Positions 28,401 through 41,700 of a stretch of 64,000 nt of DNA are shown piece by piece (the stretch's first letter is position 1; every line of letters begins with the position of its first letter). The position numbers and the translations under genes are program-made. The notes under the pieces were generated by a model. That model ran no database searches. It saw only the letters and a list, made by a program, of their open reading frames with translations, and was not told the origin of the DNA. The stretch lies in assembly GCF_009914755.1 (NCBI RefSeq), contig NC_060942.1; one strand, given 5' to 3'. Source of the stretch: the human T2T-CHM13v2.0 reference genome, Homo sapiens.

Positions 28401-31009
28401 ACCCTTTACAAATTTTGCTAAAGATGTGCTTTTATTTTAATGCTCAATTTACAGAAAAAATATATAATACCTTTTTTGAATTTAGTCAATATGTTGAAAC
28501 AGAGAACCTCTTCTGCAAGATTAATTCTTATAATCTTTTCACCACTTGTTTGACCCTTCAGCTTTATCTTATCTAATTTAAAACAATCCTTTATCCCTAG
28601 GCAAAAACTTACATTTCCATGCCTTCTTATAACCTTTTACTAAAAAACACATTTTACTGTTCTTACACACCTTGCATGTAAATATATTTCCAGTAGTTTC
28701 AGTTACATGTTATAATGGTAACTCCTAGCAATTTTAACTTTAATGTAAAACCTGGTAAGTTGTTTTAATTGTGTGCCAGGTACAACCAAGATTTGACTCC
28801 TTCCAGCATAATAGAAGGCGTGGTTAGTTCCATATGTCCCCAGGCCTTAACAGTTGTGGATCAGGCAAGTCAGATAGTTCTCAACACCCCAAAAGCAGCT
28901 TATAACCTCAAAACACTTCGCAAACTTTACATCTAACTTGCATAATTTAGTCTACTATTTACATTTTGATGGCATCTGCTTTTAACCAATAATCTTTAAG
29001 GCTATTTTATTTTTTTCTCAAAGATTAAAGTCACGTGAACTGAGAGGTACCACAGCTTTTATCTTCCCTTTAAAAAATATTTGATCTAAGCGCTGTGTTT
29101 CTTTAGGTCAAATTAATTAGAGCTCTTTTTACAGACATCATACACACAACACATACAGCTACGCAGACAGGTAGGAGAAAACTCAATCCCCTGGTGGAGC
29201 CCTGTAAGAGAGCAGGCTAGGAAAACATACAGATATCAAACCAGAAAGGACTTATTCCCTAAGGCAGGATTGCTAAACAAAGCCTTGCCGCACCCCCAGG
29301 ATGTAGAACAAGATGGAGGCCTGCAGCGAAGTTTGCTACGAACCATGCAGACATGCAAAGCACACCAGATTGGCTACAGCTGAAGATCAGCCTCACAAAT
29401 CCTTTTTCACAAAACTTTACAGAGGATATAAACAGTGATCCTTATCATTCCTAGCCTAGTAAAACATCTTCTGAAGGAAAAACCTCACTTAAAAGTTAAC
29501 TGCTGGTGGGTTGGAGAAGGGGAAGAAAAGAAACAGTTTAAAAATGCCTGAGGAAGAGCATCTTATTCTTATACAACTGGTTGCTCCACCAGGGAGAAAA
29601 ACTTAATTACTATCTGTTGGAGTTGAACCCCTTGGCAGGGGAAGGGGAAGATCTCGTGGCATTCCCCAGCCCCAGCCAGTTAGAGACAGGACCAGCTGGA
29701 TTTCCTAGGCTGATTAAGAATCCCTAAGCCTAGCTGGGAAGGTGACCACAACCACCTTTAAACAAGGGGCTTGCAACTTAGTTCACACCTGACCAATCAG
29801 GTAATAAGGAGAGCTCACTAAAATTCTAATTAGGCAAAAACAGGAGGTAAAGAGTAGCCAAGAATCTATTGCCTGAGAGCACAGCAGGAGGGACAATGAT
29901 AGGGATATAAACCCAGGCATTGGAGCAGGCAGCGGCTACCCTCTTTGGGTCCCCTCCCTTTGTATGGGAGCTCTGTTTTCACTCTGTTAAATCTTGCAGC
30001 TGCACTCTCTTCTGGTCTATGTTTGTTACGGCTCAAGCTGAGCTTTTGCTCGCCGTCCACCACTGCTGTTTGCCGCCGTCGCAGACCCGCCGCTGACTTC
30101 CATCCTCTGGATCCAGCAGGGTGTCTGCTGTGCTCCTGATCCAGTGAGGCGCCCATTGCCACTCCGGATCGGGCTAAAGGCTTGCCATTGTTCCTGCATG
30201 GCTAAGTGTCCAGGTTTGTGCTATTCGAGCTGAACACTAGTCACTGGGTTCCACGGTTCTCTTCCGTGACCCACGGCTTCCAATAGAGCTATAACACTCA
30301 CTGCATGGCCCAAGATTCCATTCCTTGGAATCTGTGAGGCCGAGAACCCCAAGTCAGAGAACACGAGGCTTGCCAGCATCTTGAGAGCCGCCCGCCGCCA
30401 TTTTGGAAGCGCCCACCACCATCTTGGGAGCTCTGGGAGCAAGGACCCCCAGCTAACACCAGGAGGGAAGGAGGAGTGAGAAGCCCCTGCTTGCCTGTCT
30501 ATCCCAAAAAAGAAAGGAAAAGGCCATGGAAATGCCCCGACCCCTGGGAGTGACAGAGGTAGGAGCACAGTTTCCCCTACCCTTAGAAGTCCAAGGATGA
30601 AAAAGGTTAGAAAGGACAGTGAGAGGTTTTGAGTCCCCATTTCATTCACTTCTAAACATTGGGCACCAAAGCTGTTGTAGGACTTACTCCTTAGTGCAGC
30701 TAAGAGCTGGGTCCTTGTGACATAGCCCTGAAATATTAGGCTTGTAGACCCTTTGAGGGGTGAGAATAATGGAATTTATCGGGCAAAAAGGAAAAAAGGG
30801 AAACAAGGACTCTGAAAAACCAGAGTCCCTGCTAGTGTGCTTCCTGCCTCCCAGATCGAATTCCAGGTTTCACCCAGGAAGAGGAAGGGCCAGGCTTTTC
30901 CTTGCTGCAAATGGCATGAACTTCTGTGGCTCCACCCCAGTGCACACTCATCCCAGTGCACAGGCCTGTTGGAATTTCTCTGGGGACCCATTTCCACCTG
31001 GCAGTCTCA
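25423..31009 (-). mobile_element. MER61/MER4-group ERV1 provirus remnant: 5'LTR 30673-31009, non-coding internal region, truncated 3'LTR 25423-25506
   Basis: Both LTR copies start TGAGAC(A/T)GCCAGGTGG on -. PBS-like TGGTGCCCAATG follows the 5'LTR and polypurine tract AGAGGGGAA lies at 25507-25515. Confidence 0.8.
29680..30458 (+). mobile_element. Solo LTR17 (HERV-W LTR) nested in the MER61-type provirus
   Basis: agagacaggaccagctggatttcctaggc...gctaaca, 779 bp, 4-bp TSD CCAG at 29676-29679 and 30459-30462, CCAAT 29793, TATAAA 29906. Confidence 0.92.
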
Positions 31010-31324
31010 ATACAGACTATTTTCACTGCCCTGAAAATCCTCTGTGCTCCGCCTGTTGGTCCCAACTCCAACTGCCTGAAAATCCATTTTAAAATGAGGT
31101 AAATTAAACCTATTTTGGAGGAGCTATTTCTTTTTTTGATGTTGCTGCTCCTGTTCATTAAATAGGAGCAACAGTTGTGTATTTTGGATGACGTTGCTGT
31201 AGCCTTCTGACCTCTTGAGCCCTCAAAACAGATTTTTTAGTTTTTAAATGTTTTCCATTTCATCAGTTATATGTTCAGTTTTACAGATTTAGGACTAAAT
31301 CTAGGAAAATTCAGTCCATTATAA

Positions 31325-31706
31325 AGAGTCAAGTCCATTTATGTTGCTACAGCAAAATGCTTGAGACTGGGTAATTTATAGAAAACATAAATATATTTCT
31401 GACAGTTCTGGAGGCAGGGAAGTCCAAGGTGCTGGCAGATGTTTGGCTGTCTGGTGATGGCTGCTCTCTGCTTCTAAAATGGCGTCTTAATGCTGCATTC
31501 TTTGGAGGGGAGGAACTTTGTGTCATTACATGATGGAAGGGACAGAAAGCAAAAGGGATCCACCAGCTTCCTTCACCAAGCTCTTTTAGAATGACATTGA
31601 TTCTGCTCATGACTTAAATACCTCCCAAAAGTCTCTGTCTTCCAATACTGTTGCATTGGGAATTAAGTTTCCAACACATGAATTTAGGGAACACATGCAG
31701 ACCACA
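31325..31706 (-). mobile_element. MaLR LTR (MLT1A/MST-like)
   Basis: agtccattt...gactgggtaatttata...ttccaacacatgaattt. Confidence 0.8.
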
Positions 31707-33352
31707 TGTGGTTTTGCATTGTGTTGCTTTTTCAAGCCTGGCTCAATGGTCACTATCAGTTTGGGTCTAATCTAGAAGCAAACCAAATAGTGATTTTAAA
31801 CAAGGGAAGTTTAATAAAAAAGTTTTAAACTAGTTGAGGGAGAGTACCCAAGAAAGGGCAGACTTGGAAGAGGGAGCCCAAAGTCTGGATTCAGACCTTG
31901 TTGAAAAAAGGGTAACTGTGGCTCGCTGGATTGCAGTGAAAGTTATGGTTTGCTCAGACCAGTGCTGGCTGGTGTTTAGTTACCAGGCAAGCAGGACGCC
32001 ACAATGGTGACTCAGTGTGTGAGAATGCAGAAAGAGTTGGGGGAGGGGCACTAGTGCTGGCAGGACATCTGGAGTGTGAGGTGTCTCTTTTGGGAGGGTC
32101 GTAGAAGGTGATCACCAGCCCGGATGAGGTCTATAAAGTCACTAAGAATAATACATTACCAGAGTGTGGCTAGGGCAGAGCTGCCCCAGATGTCTTCACA
32201 CCCACGCTTCTTATTGATGGTGCAGCTGCCAGAAAGCAGCAGGAGAGACCCTCTGGGGTGAATTGGGAGCTGAGAGACCATACATTGATAACTAGTGCAG
32301 AAGCTGATCAGGTTGTAGGAAGGTTTTGATGAGAGAGCTCATCACAATGTAAATATAAAATATCTCACTCATCCTCCTTTGCCCTCCTTGTTTTGCAACA
32401 TATTGCATAGCCTGTCCAAGAAATGTGGGCATATGGGTAAGGTAGTGAAAATACCAGGTCATTTAGAAAACTGAGGAACCGTGAAAACTCTTGAGCCAAT
32501 ATTTTCAAAATCTAATGAATGTGATAACTTCATAAAATAGTTCATGAACTAGAAATTGGGACTACTGTTTATATTCTGGAGTTACATGAATGGCACCCTC
32601 AATATAGCAGGAGCATAGAGCATTCCTTTCATTACTTTTCATCAAGATGGTCATATAGTTTTATATGAGCAATTCTGGAAGTGGAAAATTCTCTGCAGTC
32701 GGAATGCTTTGTTTCTTAGCATATACTTGCTTCAGTTAAGTCATGATTTACATTTCTGTCTTCACATTTTACTCTTAATTTTGCCTCTTAAGACAATTTC
32801 ATATACATATTTCAATCTTCCTAATTTCTGTTGAAATCAACAGAAGTAATGTTCCATCCTTTAGGCTCAATGTTTCTAAATTATTTCTTTGGTAAAAGTT
32901 TTATTTCTTCTTTACCGTTTCACCTTTCTAGATGCTTTCTAGCTTTCAATTTTTTTTTTTTAATGTGGCACCAGATGTCCAGAATTCATAGAGTAGAATG
33001 TGGGGACTCTGTTTAATAGTTTATTATAGTACTTTATTCAACTAGTATTTATTTGGCTCCTGGCACTGTTCTAGGGTTGTGTGTGTCGGGGGGTGTGGGG
33101 GGTGGTGATCACAAATAAGGCGTCGCTCTATCATGAGGAACTCAGTGGAGGAAATATGTAAGTGGAGAAATGTATACTATAACCAGGTAAGTGTTGCTTC
33201 AGAGAAATGAAGATAGAACAACTGATAAAGAAGCACAGAAGATGGATCAGCTAAGTGGCCTGGGGAAAACCAGGAAAGATTTCACTCAGGAGAGGATACT
33301 TGAGTTGATATAGAAAAACAAACAGAAGTTTGCCATCAAGGAAATTGAGTAG

Positions 33353-33676
<324 letters not shown>

Positions 33677-34059
33677 TGAAGGGTGTTTTTTCTAGCCAGG
33701 AGATAATATGTGTGCAAAGATTGAGTGGTGAAAAGCCTGCTACAGAATTTGTTGAATCAGAATAGTGTGTGCTGTAAAAGAAGTCTGGGCTTCAGAATCA
33801 GCAGATTTATGATTCCACTATTTTATTAGCTCTTTACTGAGGACAAGTGTCCTGACCTTGCCTGAGCCTTTTTTGTTTTCCCTCTCTTTTTTGATATCTA
33901 CTTTGCAGTTTTGTTTTGAGGATTAAATGAGAAAACGTATGCCTGGCACATATGAGCTCAGAAAATACTAATTGCCAAAGGGCTAATACATTTAGTTGAG
34001 GGAGACACTAGGAATAAGACATAAAGCTGCTTTTGCCTCTAAGGCAATAAAATGCCCTC

Positions 34060-34605
34060 TCCATTCTATTCTCCACACTACAGCAAGAACAATCTTTTGC
34101 AAACATGTCATGTGATGTTTATCTCTTCTTAAAATTTCCCCTGCCTTCCTTTCAGAGTAAAACGGAAATTCCTACCGTAGTCTAGAAAGTTCTATGGTAT
34201 GCCAATATCTCTCAGTCCCCTCACCTTACAAAACCAGTGCATTTTCTACCACTCCATTTGCTATATAATTCAGCCATATTGGTCTTGCTCTTCTCAATTA
34301 CTATGAACATGAGTGTCTGCTTTCAGAGCTTTGCACTGTTTCCTCCACCTGGATAGTCTTTCCTCAAATATTCCGTGATTCACTTCCTTACTTCAGGTGT
34401 ATGCTCAAACGTCATTTACCAGAGGCCAACCCTGGCCACCACCATTGCTTACGCCATTACTCTTTGCCCCTTTCCTCCTTTGTTTTTCTTTAATTAATAT
34501 TGAGGTTGGGGCCTTTGTTTGATTCACTGCTGTATCCCTAACAATTAGAAGAGCACTTAGCAGTTATGTAAAATGCTCCAAAAATACTTGTTCTCTGAAT
34601 GAATG
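34060..34605. mobile_element. L2 3' fragment
   Basis: L2-type end (ttcactgctgtatcccta...tgctccaaaaatacttgtt...gaatgaatga). Confidence 0.6.
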
Positions 34606-35822
34606 AGGCTGAGAAAGTGGCTTGGGGGCCCATCTGAGGTACTTGATATACTCAGCCAAGAATTTTAGATTTATTCTGTGGGCAGAAGGAAGGGGATTAG
34701 CATTTTTGATGCAGCCTAAAATGAATATTAATTTTTTGTTAGTCCCTATATTGATTTGTGCTTGCAGTAAGTGGAACTTTTTTTCAGATACTAAAGCCAT
34801 TTTTTTTTTCTTCTTTTTAGTAGCCAGTCCTTAAAACCTGATGCCACGGCAACAATATACTATGTTAATTTCATTAGATAGTAATGAAAGGTAGAATGAA
34901 GGCTTATTGTTTTTGTTCAGAGATAGAGCTACTCTTCGTGAGGTTTTTGTGATGTTTTAGTGTAAAACAAGTTCCCAGAATATAGTATTTTAATAATGTT
35001 AAGAGGGCTATTAATTTATTTTAGGTTGCAGTAGTAGATATTTAATTAATTGAACAATTTTTTGGGTGTGGGAGACACAAGTAAAAGAAAACAGAAATGA
35101 ACACAAAGAAGTTTCTTTTGGCAGGTGGTCCAGAAGCACTGGTGACAGTGAGGAATAATATTGTTCATGACCTGGCTCATGATGGTGCCTCTAACAATTA
35201 AAAAGTCAATGCCTCTTTAAATCACAAGTATTCAATAATTTTTTAAAGAGAAACCTGGGGAAACATAAAATTTTATTCAGAAACAGATTTGCTCATTCCA
35301 AGCCAAAGCAGAATAGTTAGATATTCTATTACAAATGAGCAAAGCAACATCAATCATACCTTAATAAAATGGTTTTAAAAAAGATGGGGGAGGAAAAAAT
35401 GAGCAAAGAGTAGCAGATATTTAAAAAATATAGTTCTCGTTCTCTTTCTCTCTTTCTCTGTCTCTGTCTCTCTGTGTGTGCACGTACATAGTTTTATGAG
35501 GCAGATTTCTTAGGAGGGTTTAAAATTTAATTGTAATCTTTTTCTTCTCTTATTAGCTGGAGTACGTTAGGCAAATTAAACCTCTGATCTTCAATTTCTT
35601 AAGGGGAGCTATGGTATCTATCTCATACGGTTGTGAAGATTAAGTGAGGTAATGCTTGTAAAGTGCTTACTTAGCACAGTTCCCGGAATATAATAAGTGA
35701 TTTGTGTTAGTTGTTGCTGGTAAAAAGAATTATGCCAGTTCATGGTGTCAGAATTTCAGCCAGTAATGACTGCCTGTAGAAACAGAAGCGTTATTAATAG
35801 TAAGAGCTGTTATGCTTTTTTA

Positions 35823-35839
35823 TTCCACTAGAGGGCACC
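35823..35839 (+). promoter_or_regulatory. CTCF core motif
   Basis: CCACTAGAGGGCAC at 35825-35838 matches the CTCF consensus CCASYAGRKGGCRS. Confidence 0.7.
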
Positions 35840-36480
35840 TTTCTCCTTCTGGAAACCTGATGTAGACATAAAGCATTATGACTCTGGCCCCAACTCACTT
35901 CACTTCCCTTTAGCATCCTCAGCCCCAGGATTCCTGTTAGACCACTAATAACTTCACATTATGCCAGGTCTCTCCCTGGTCATCCTCCCAACACTCACAT
36001 AATGGAAGGATGTTTTAGCCTTGGCATATGCTTTTTGCTAGTCTAAAGGGCGGTCCTTAAGAATGTAAAAAATGTAATAATAATTGGCTTTGGGTGTTCA
36101 GCAAGACATAAACTTGATATAGTGAGCTAGGAACAGGGATTCAAAGGAAATATCCTTATTACTTCTTACCCTGAGGCGTCCTTCTCATATGCATGATTAA
36201 ATCAAGTCTACCTAGTGGACTAAACCTGTGGTGGTAGCCTCCCCAACATCTCTCCTATTTTAAGTCAGGGAAAAAAAAAAACAGAAAATGTGGGATGCGG
36301 AAAGAGGCAGGCGGGGAGCGGGGGGTGGGGGGGAAGGATAAGATACAAACTTTGAGAACATCGCTATTTATAAATGACAAATCTTGAACTGTACCTGGGA
36401 GATGAAGTCCCTGCTCTAGTTTCTGGAAAGCCGCATTCTCTATGACCCGTGATCTTAGGTTTAAATGAAAAAGTGCAAAC

Positions 36481-36924
36481 ATGGCACCAACTGTGTACTG
36501 GAGTTCCCTGGCTATTGGAAGTTCTCACTTGTTAAGAATGAGCCAAATCCTTCCACAGGCCTCCTTATCTGGGAGACGCAAGTAAATCAAGGATCTGGTT
36601 CAATAGTTTGAACAGCATCTTCTCAGGACCACACATCTCACCTTGCATAAAAAGAGGGCAAGTTAGGAATGATTTTGATGTTGACAGATTTGTAATAAAG
36701 GTCAAAACTGAGACATGACTAGAGGTTTTCCAAAAGGTAATTAAAAATGGTCAATCAGTGGTTCTTCTGGAACTAGATTATTAGCAATCTAGTAGAAATA
36801 ATCATCCTTTTAATAAAGCAGGATCTACCCTGCCTGGAAGAGGAGGCTGTCAGTGCTGATTAACTCATTCTGATCATGCACCTTTCTAGATCATCGTAGG
36901 TCCTGAACCAGGAAGTGGGGAGAA
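36481..36924 (+). pseudogene. Candidate first two exons of an unrecognised decayed gene (36481-36657 and 36890-36924)
   Basis: TATAAA 36369, Kozak AAACATGG, frame with two stops ending HKKR at AGG|GCAAGT, then a canonical mini-exon TTCTAG|IIVGPEPGSGE|GTAAGA in matching phase. Confidence 0.4.
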
Positions 36925-37134
36925 GTAAGATCAAATCAGGGGTAGGTAAACTACAGTCTGACTCTAGCCTACTACCAGTTTTTGTATGGCCTGCCAGCTA
37001 AGAATGTTTTCTACATTTTGAAATAGTTGGATAAAAATTAAAAGATGTGTCATATTTTATGACAAAAGAAATTTAAACTTTAGTGTTCATAAACTTTTAT
37101 TGGAACATAATCACAGTTAATCATTTATGTATTT

Positions 37135-37901
<767 letters not shown>

Positions 37902-38026
37902 TAGTTGCAACAGAGGCCATATATGGTATTTTCATCACTGCACTGCTGTTCCATGCACTACGAATTAAAGTGATGTGGTTATTACTTGTCAGCGTTTTGA
38001 GTTCTGCACATATAACTGTACCGTAG

Positions 38027-38706
38027 TGTTTCCAGAACCAAGCCGGCTCTGGCTGCATTTTCTCGAGGTCCAATAATGAGAAGCAGACAAACTAGGACAG
38101 AAGGGAATTGATTGTTGTAACTGGATACAGGGAGAAGGTCAGAAATAATTCCATCAGACCAACTCAAAGTGTTATAATTTTCTTGGTGCTTATATAGGTT
38201 GGGGTTATGTGCCTACGTGCAGTATAGCATTCGCCTAAGCCTATTGGTAACTAATTTTGTTTCAACTAGAAGGTCAGAGGCAAAAAATGCTTGCTAAGTC
38301 TGATTAAAAGGGCCCCAGTACCACCAGTACCTTCAGGCCTGTCTACTGTGGAACCGGAGTGATTATTTCTATCTTATCTCCTTTATAGCTTGGTCTGGAG
38401 AGCTGCCTTGCGCTCTCCAGTGAATCTATTCAAACAGCTGCCTCTGTTACCTTGACTCTCAGACAGATCCCGGCACTAAGAATTTAAGATTGTCTCTATT
38501 ATTTTGACTTGCTCCAGGTTAGGGAGAAGCCCATGCAAGGCTCCTACTGACAATATGTTTCATTTCTAGCTTTGATGTCTGGGCACTGGTTTCCCTAGAT
38601 TTAACTATTTGCTCAATGTTAAGGCAGTGCTGTGGAAATTTGTCTGTGTAACTGAAGTACTGTGTAGACCTGTCTGTGTGATTGTCGGGGGAATTGGCCT
38701 GCCACA
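38027..38706 (-). mobile_element. Solo ERV1 LTR (MER34/MER39/LTR48-49 group)
   Basis: TG...CA termini, - strand starts TGTGGCAGGCCAATT, 4-bp TSD gtag/atag. Confidence 0.75.
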
Positions 38707-41700
38707 ATAGGATTTTATTTATTTGTTACTGCCAGTGCATACCCATCATGTCAAACAAGATGGGGAAAATGAACTTCAAATATCATACTTTTAGGCATGG
38801 TGGAGTGTAGTTTATTTTGTTATTAAATTAGGTGGCAAATCATTGTGTTTGTTATGCACTGACATTACAGCTGTGCTAAAAGAATACAAATATACATTAC
38901 CATGACTAGGCTGAAGATCTATCACAGTATTTCCAACTCACAGGAAAGCAACAGTGAGATAAACTAGAACATTTAATAGCATCACTGTAGAATTTCTTTA
39001 CAAAAATAATAAATGGAAATGAGGCCACTAAGTTTTGAGTGGCTCATTTGTGGGTCAAGTAAGGAAATCTGTTTATCAATGTTAGGTTATTTAAACTGAG
39101 TTCGACTGCAGCAACTGAAGGAATGTGTGCAGAGAAAATACACGTGTTTAAGACTATTAGCCCTTTGGGGAGAATAGTTGTTCAAAGAGTTGAAGACATT
39201 GAAAGCGACATCAATAGTCAAATAAAAAGCAGAGAAAAATTCATTTCAATGGTTTTGCTTGTCTCTTGATGAGTCAGTGATGTTACTGATACTGCTCAGT
39301 TGTTTTTTATTTAAGGAGTCAATCCCAAGTTTGAAGTGTCTAAAGAATTAATCTCTATTAATAGCCTGCAAGTTACAAGCACAGGAGGAGTATTTTTAAA
39401 GAAGTTGAGAAAAACTATCCAGTAAACTTGAAATGGAATTTGCTAAGATTTATTACAACTCATTGTGGTAAAAATATGTGTGAAGCAGAAAAAAATCTTA
39501 GTTGGACAAATTTACAAATCTTATCAAAATGTAGGATGTTGAAGCCCTATTCATGGCATTATTAGCCAGGCATGAATAATGCCTATTCATGGCATTATTC
39601 ATTAGCAAGTTCTTTGCGGAAAGTATTTGGGTCTACCATATGTTACTGAACCAATAGTATCAACAGTGAACTTCATTTGCTCTTGTGGATTTAACCATCA
39701 TCAGTTCTGCATTTTTTGGGGGTCAGAAATAGAAGTTTGATCTTCTCTCTTGCCCTACTACACAGCAGTTTGATAATTTAGTAGTTGTTAAGTTTTATGT
39801 GATACTTTTGAGTTTAGGGGAAAACTAAAATTTTTCAGAATGAGAAAAATTAGCTTCAACTATTAAGGAACACTATATGGCTTTGAAATTAACACGAGGT
39901 AGACTTCATAATGTTTCTTAATGAATTCAACTTAAAATTACAAGGTAAAACATCACATACATGCAAATATTATACTGTGGTAAAGTTATTTTGATGACAG
40001 TTAACATTTGAATCACAAGTAATGTCATCAGTTCTCATGTTTCCAAATGGTAAAACAAGAAGTGAAATCTCCACTCCTACACAGACTTGCAGTGGATGTA
40101 ATTTCCAAGATCAAATTATAGTTTCAGGAGCACTTTTGGACTTCAATTCAAATGCAAAGGGACTTCCTATATTTAAACATTCATTTAATTGTGCAATTGA
40201 GGAACTTTCACCTTACCTTCAATTGGAGGTTATTAATGTAATGACATACTGAAAAGCAAATATCAAAGGTAGAATCTAATAGAATTTCATAAATGCTTTC
40301 TAATCATGAATATGTTCAACTAAAATAATATGTTTATAGATTGACATTAGTATTGGGCAGTACCTATCTGTGTACAAAAACATTTTCAAAGATGAAATTT
40401 GCAACTGTTCATCATTAACAGATGAACATTTATGACAAGGAGCACTACTTTGAACCCCAATTAAGCAAAATGTTATCTCCTAAAGAAGAGAAAGAAGAGT
40501 TCAGTTTTTCTCATTAGTAGACTTGTATTACAAAAAATTATACTCAATTATTATTATATTTTAAATTTTATCTATAAATTTGTTTTGAAATTAATTTTCT
40601 CTCTTGGCGTGTAAGTACCTACATAATATCTTTGATTTTAGTTCTTGGACTACAAAGCCTAAACCCCTGCTCTGGCAGAGTGTTCTTAGAATATAGGGTT
40701 GAAGTAACCTTTTAAGTCATGGCAGAAATGCATATGAATACTTACATTCTTGTGGGGACTCAATTGCAGCCTAAGGCCTGAAGTTTTCTATATATTTTAA
40801 ATTCTTATTGATAGGTCTTTTGTCCCAGAGATCTCTGAAAATGGAAAGCAACACCAACCACTGTGCATTTTGATGATGAATTAAATACATAAAATTAAAA
40901 AAAGCCAACTTTTCCAAACATTTAAACAACAATTGCAAGTTGATTAATTCCCTGAAGCAATTTAGATTATACTCAAACTAGTATATCTGATTCTTTTAAC
41001 AGGAGATAAACTATACACAAATACAATCATTTCAAAACTATTTCTAAAGTTATGCTTAAACCTAAAACATCAGCACCATGATTTTGATTCATACTCATGT
41101 ATTAGATCTTATATTTTCCAAGTGTTATACTTTGATAGCTTCGTAGGGTTTTATTATTTTGATTTTTTCTCCAGGGATTTTGTAATTTCATGTGATGTTA
41201 TAGGAACTGAATATCAAGTTAATTATTGGTTGAGATATTGGACCTGCTTATAGGAACATTAGATGGAGTTGCTTTTCTTTTGACATTGAAGTTTTATGTA
41301 TTGTATCATGAGACTCTTAAGTACTTATTGTTCTTAACTTTTGAATGGTGTTTATCACAAAAATAATTTAGTCTTTAGATTTCCCATAGCCAGCAATACC
41401 CGAGCCATTGTCCTGTTATTATATTTTAATGCCTGGGTATGTTGGCCTTATGACTCTGCTGATTTTTCCTGCCCTAGATGTAGACACAACCTCCTTCCAA
41501 GGAAACAAGAGTTCTTGCTCCTCATGGTAAAGAATAGTATAAGGTACCATAGTCTGAATACTAGCAAAACATATGAGAGTGAACGTAGGGCAAAAGTACA
41601 GCTACTGCAGCTGTTGTTGGACTGTTTTTGGTAGTAATGGAGCTGGAAAATGACATGAATTCACACTGATATTTCTTATTTAGCATCTGGTACTGCTATA

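Noticed and set aside
25510-29670. Possible gag/pol/env coding in the provirus
   Set aside because: No long ORF or retroviral protein motif seen; MER4-group internal regions are largely non-coding.
31755-32300. Possible ancient LTR
   Set aside because: The start resembles old LTR families, but I could not define the ends or family by eye.
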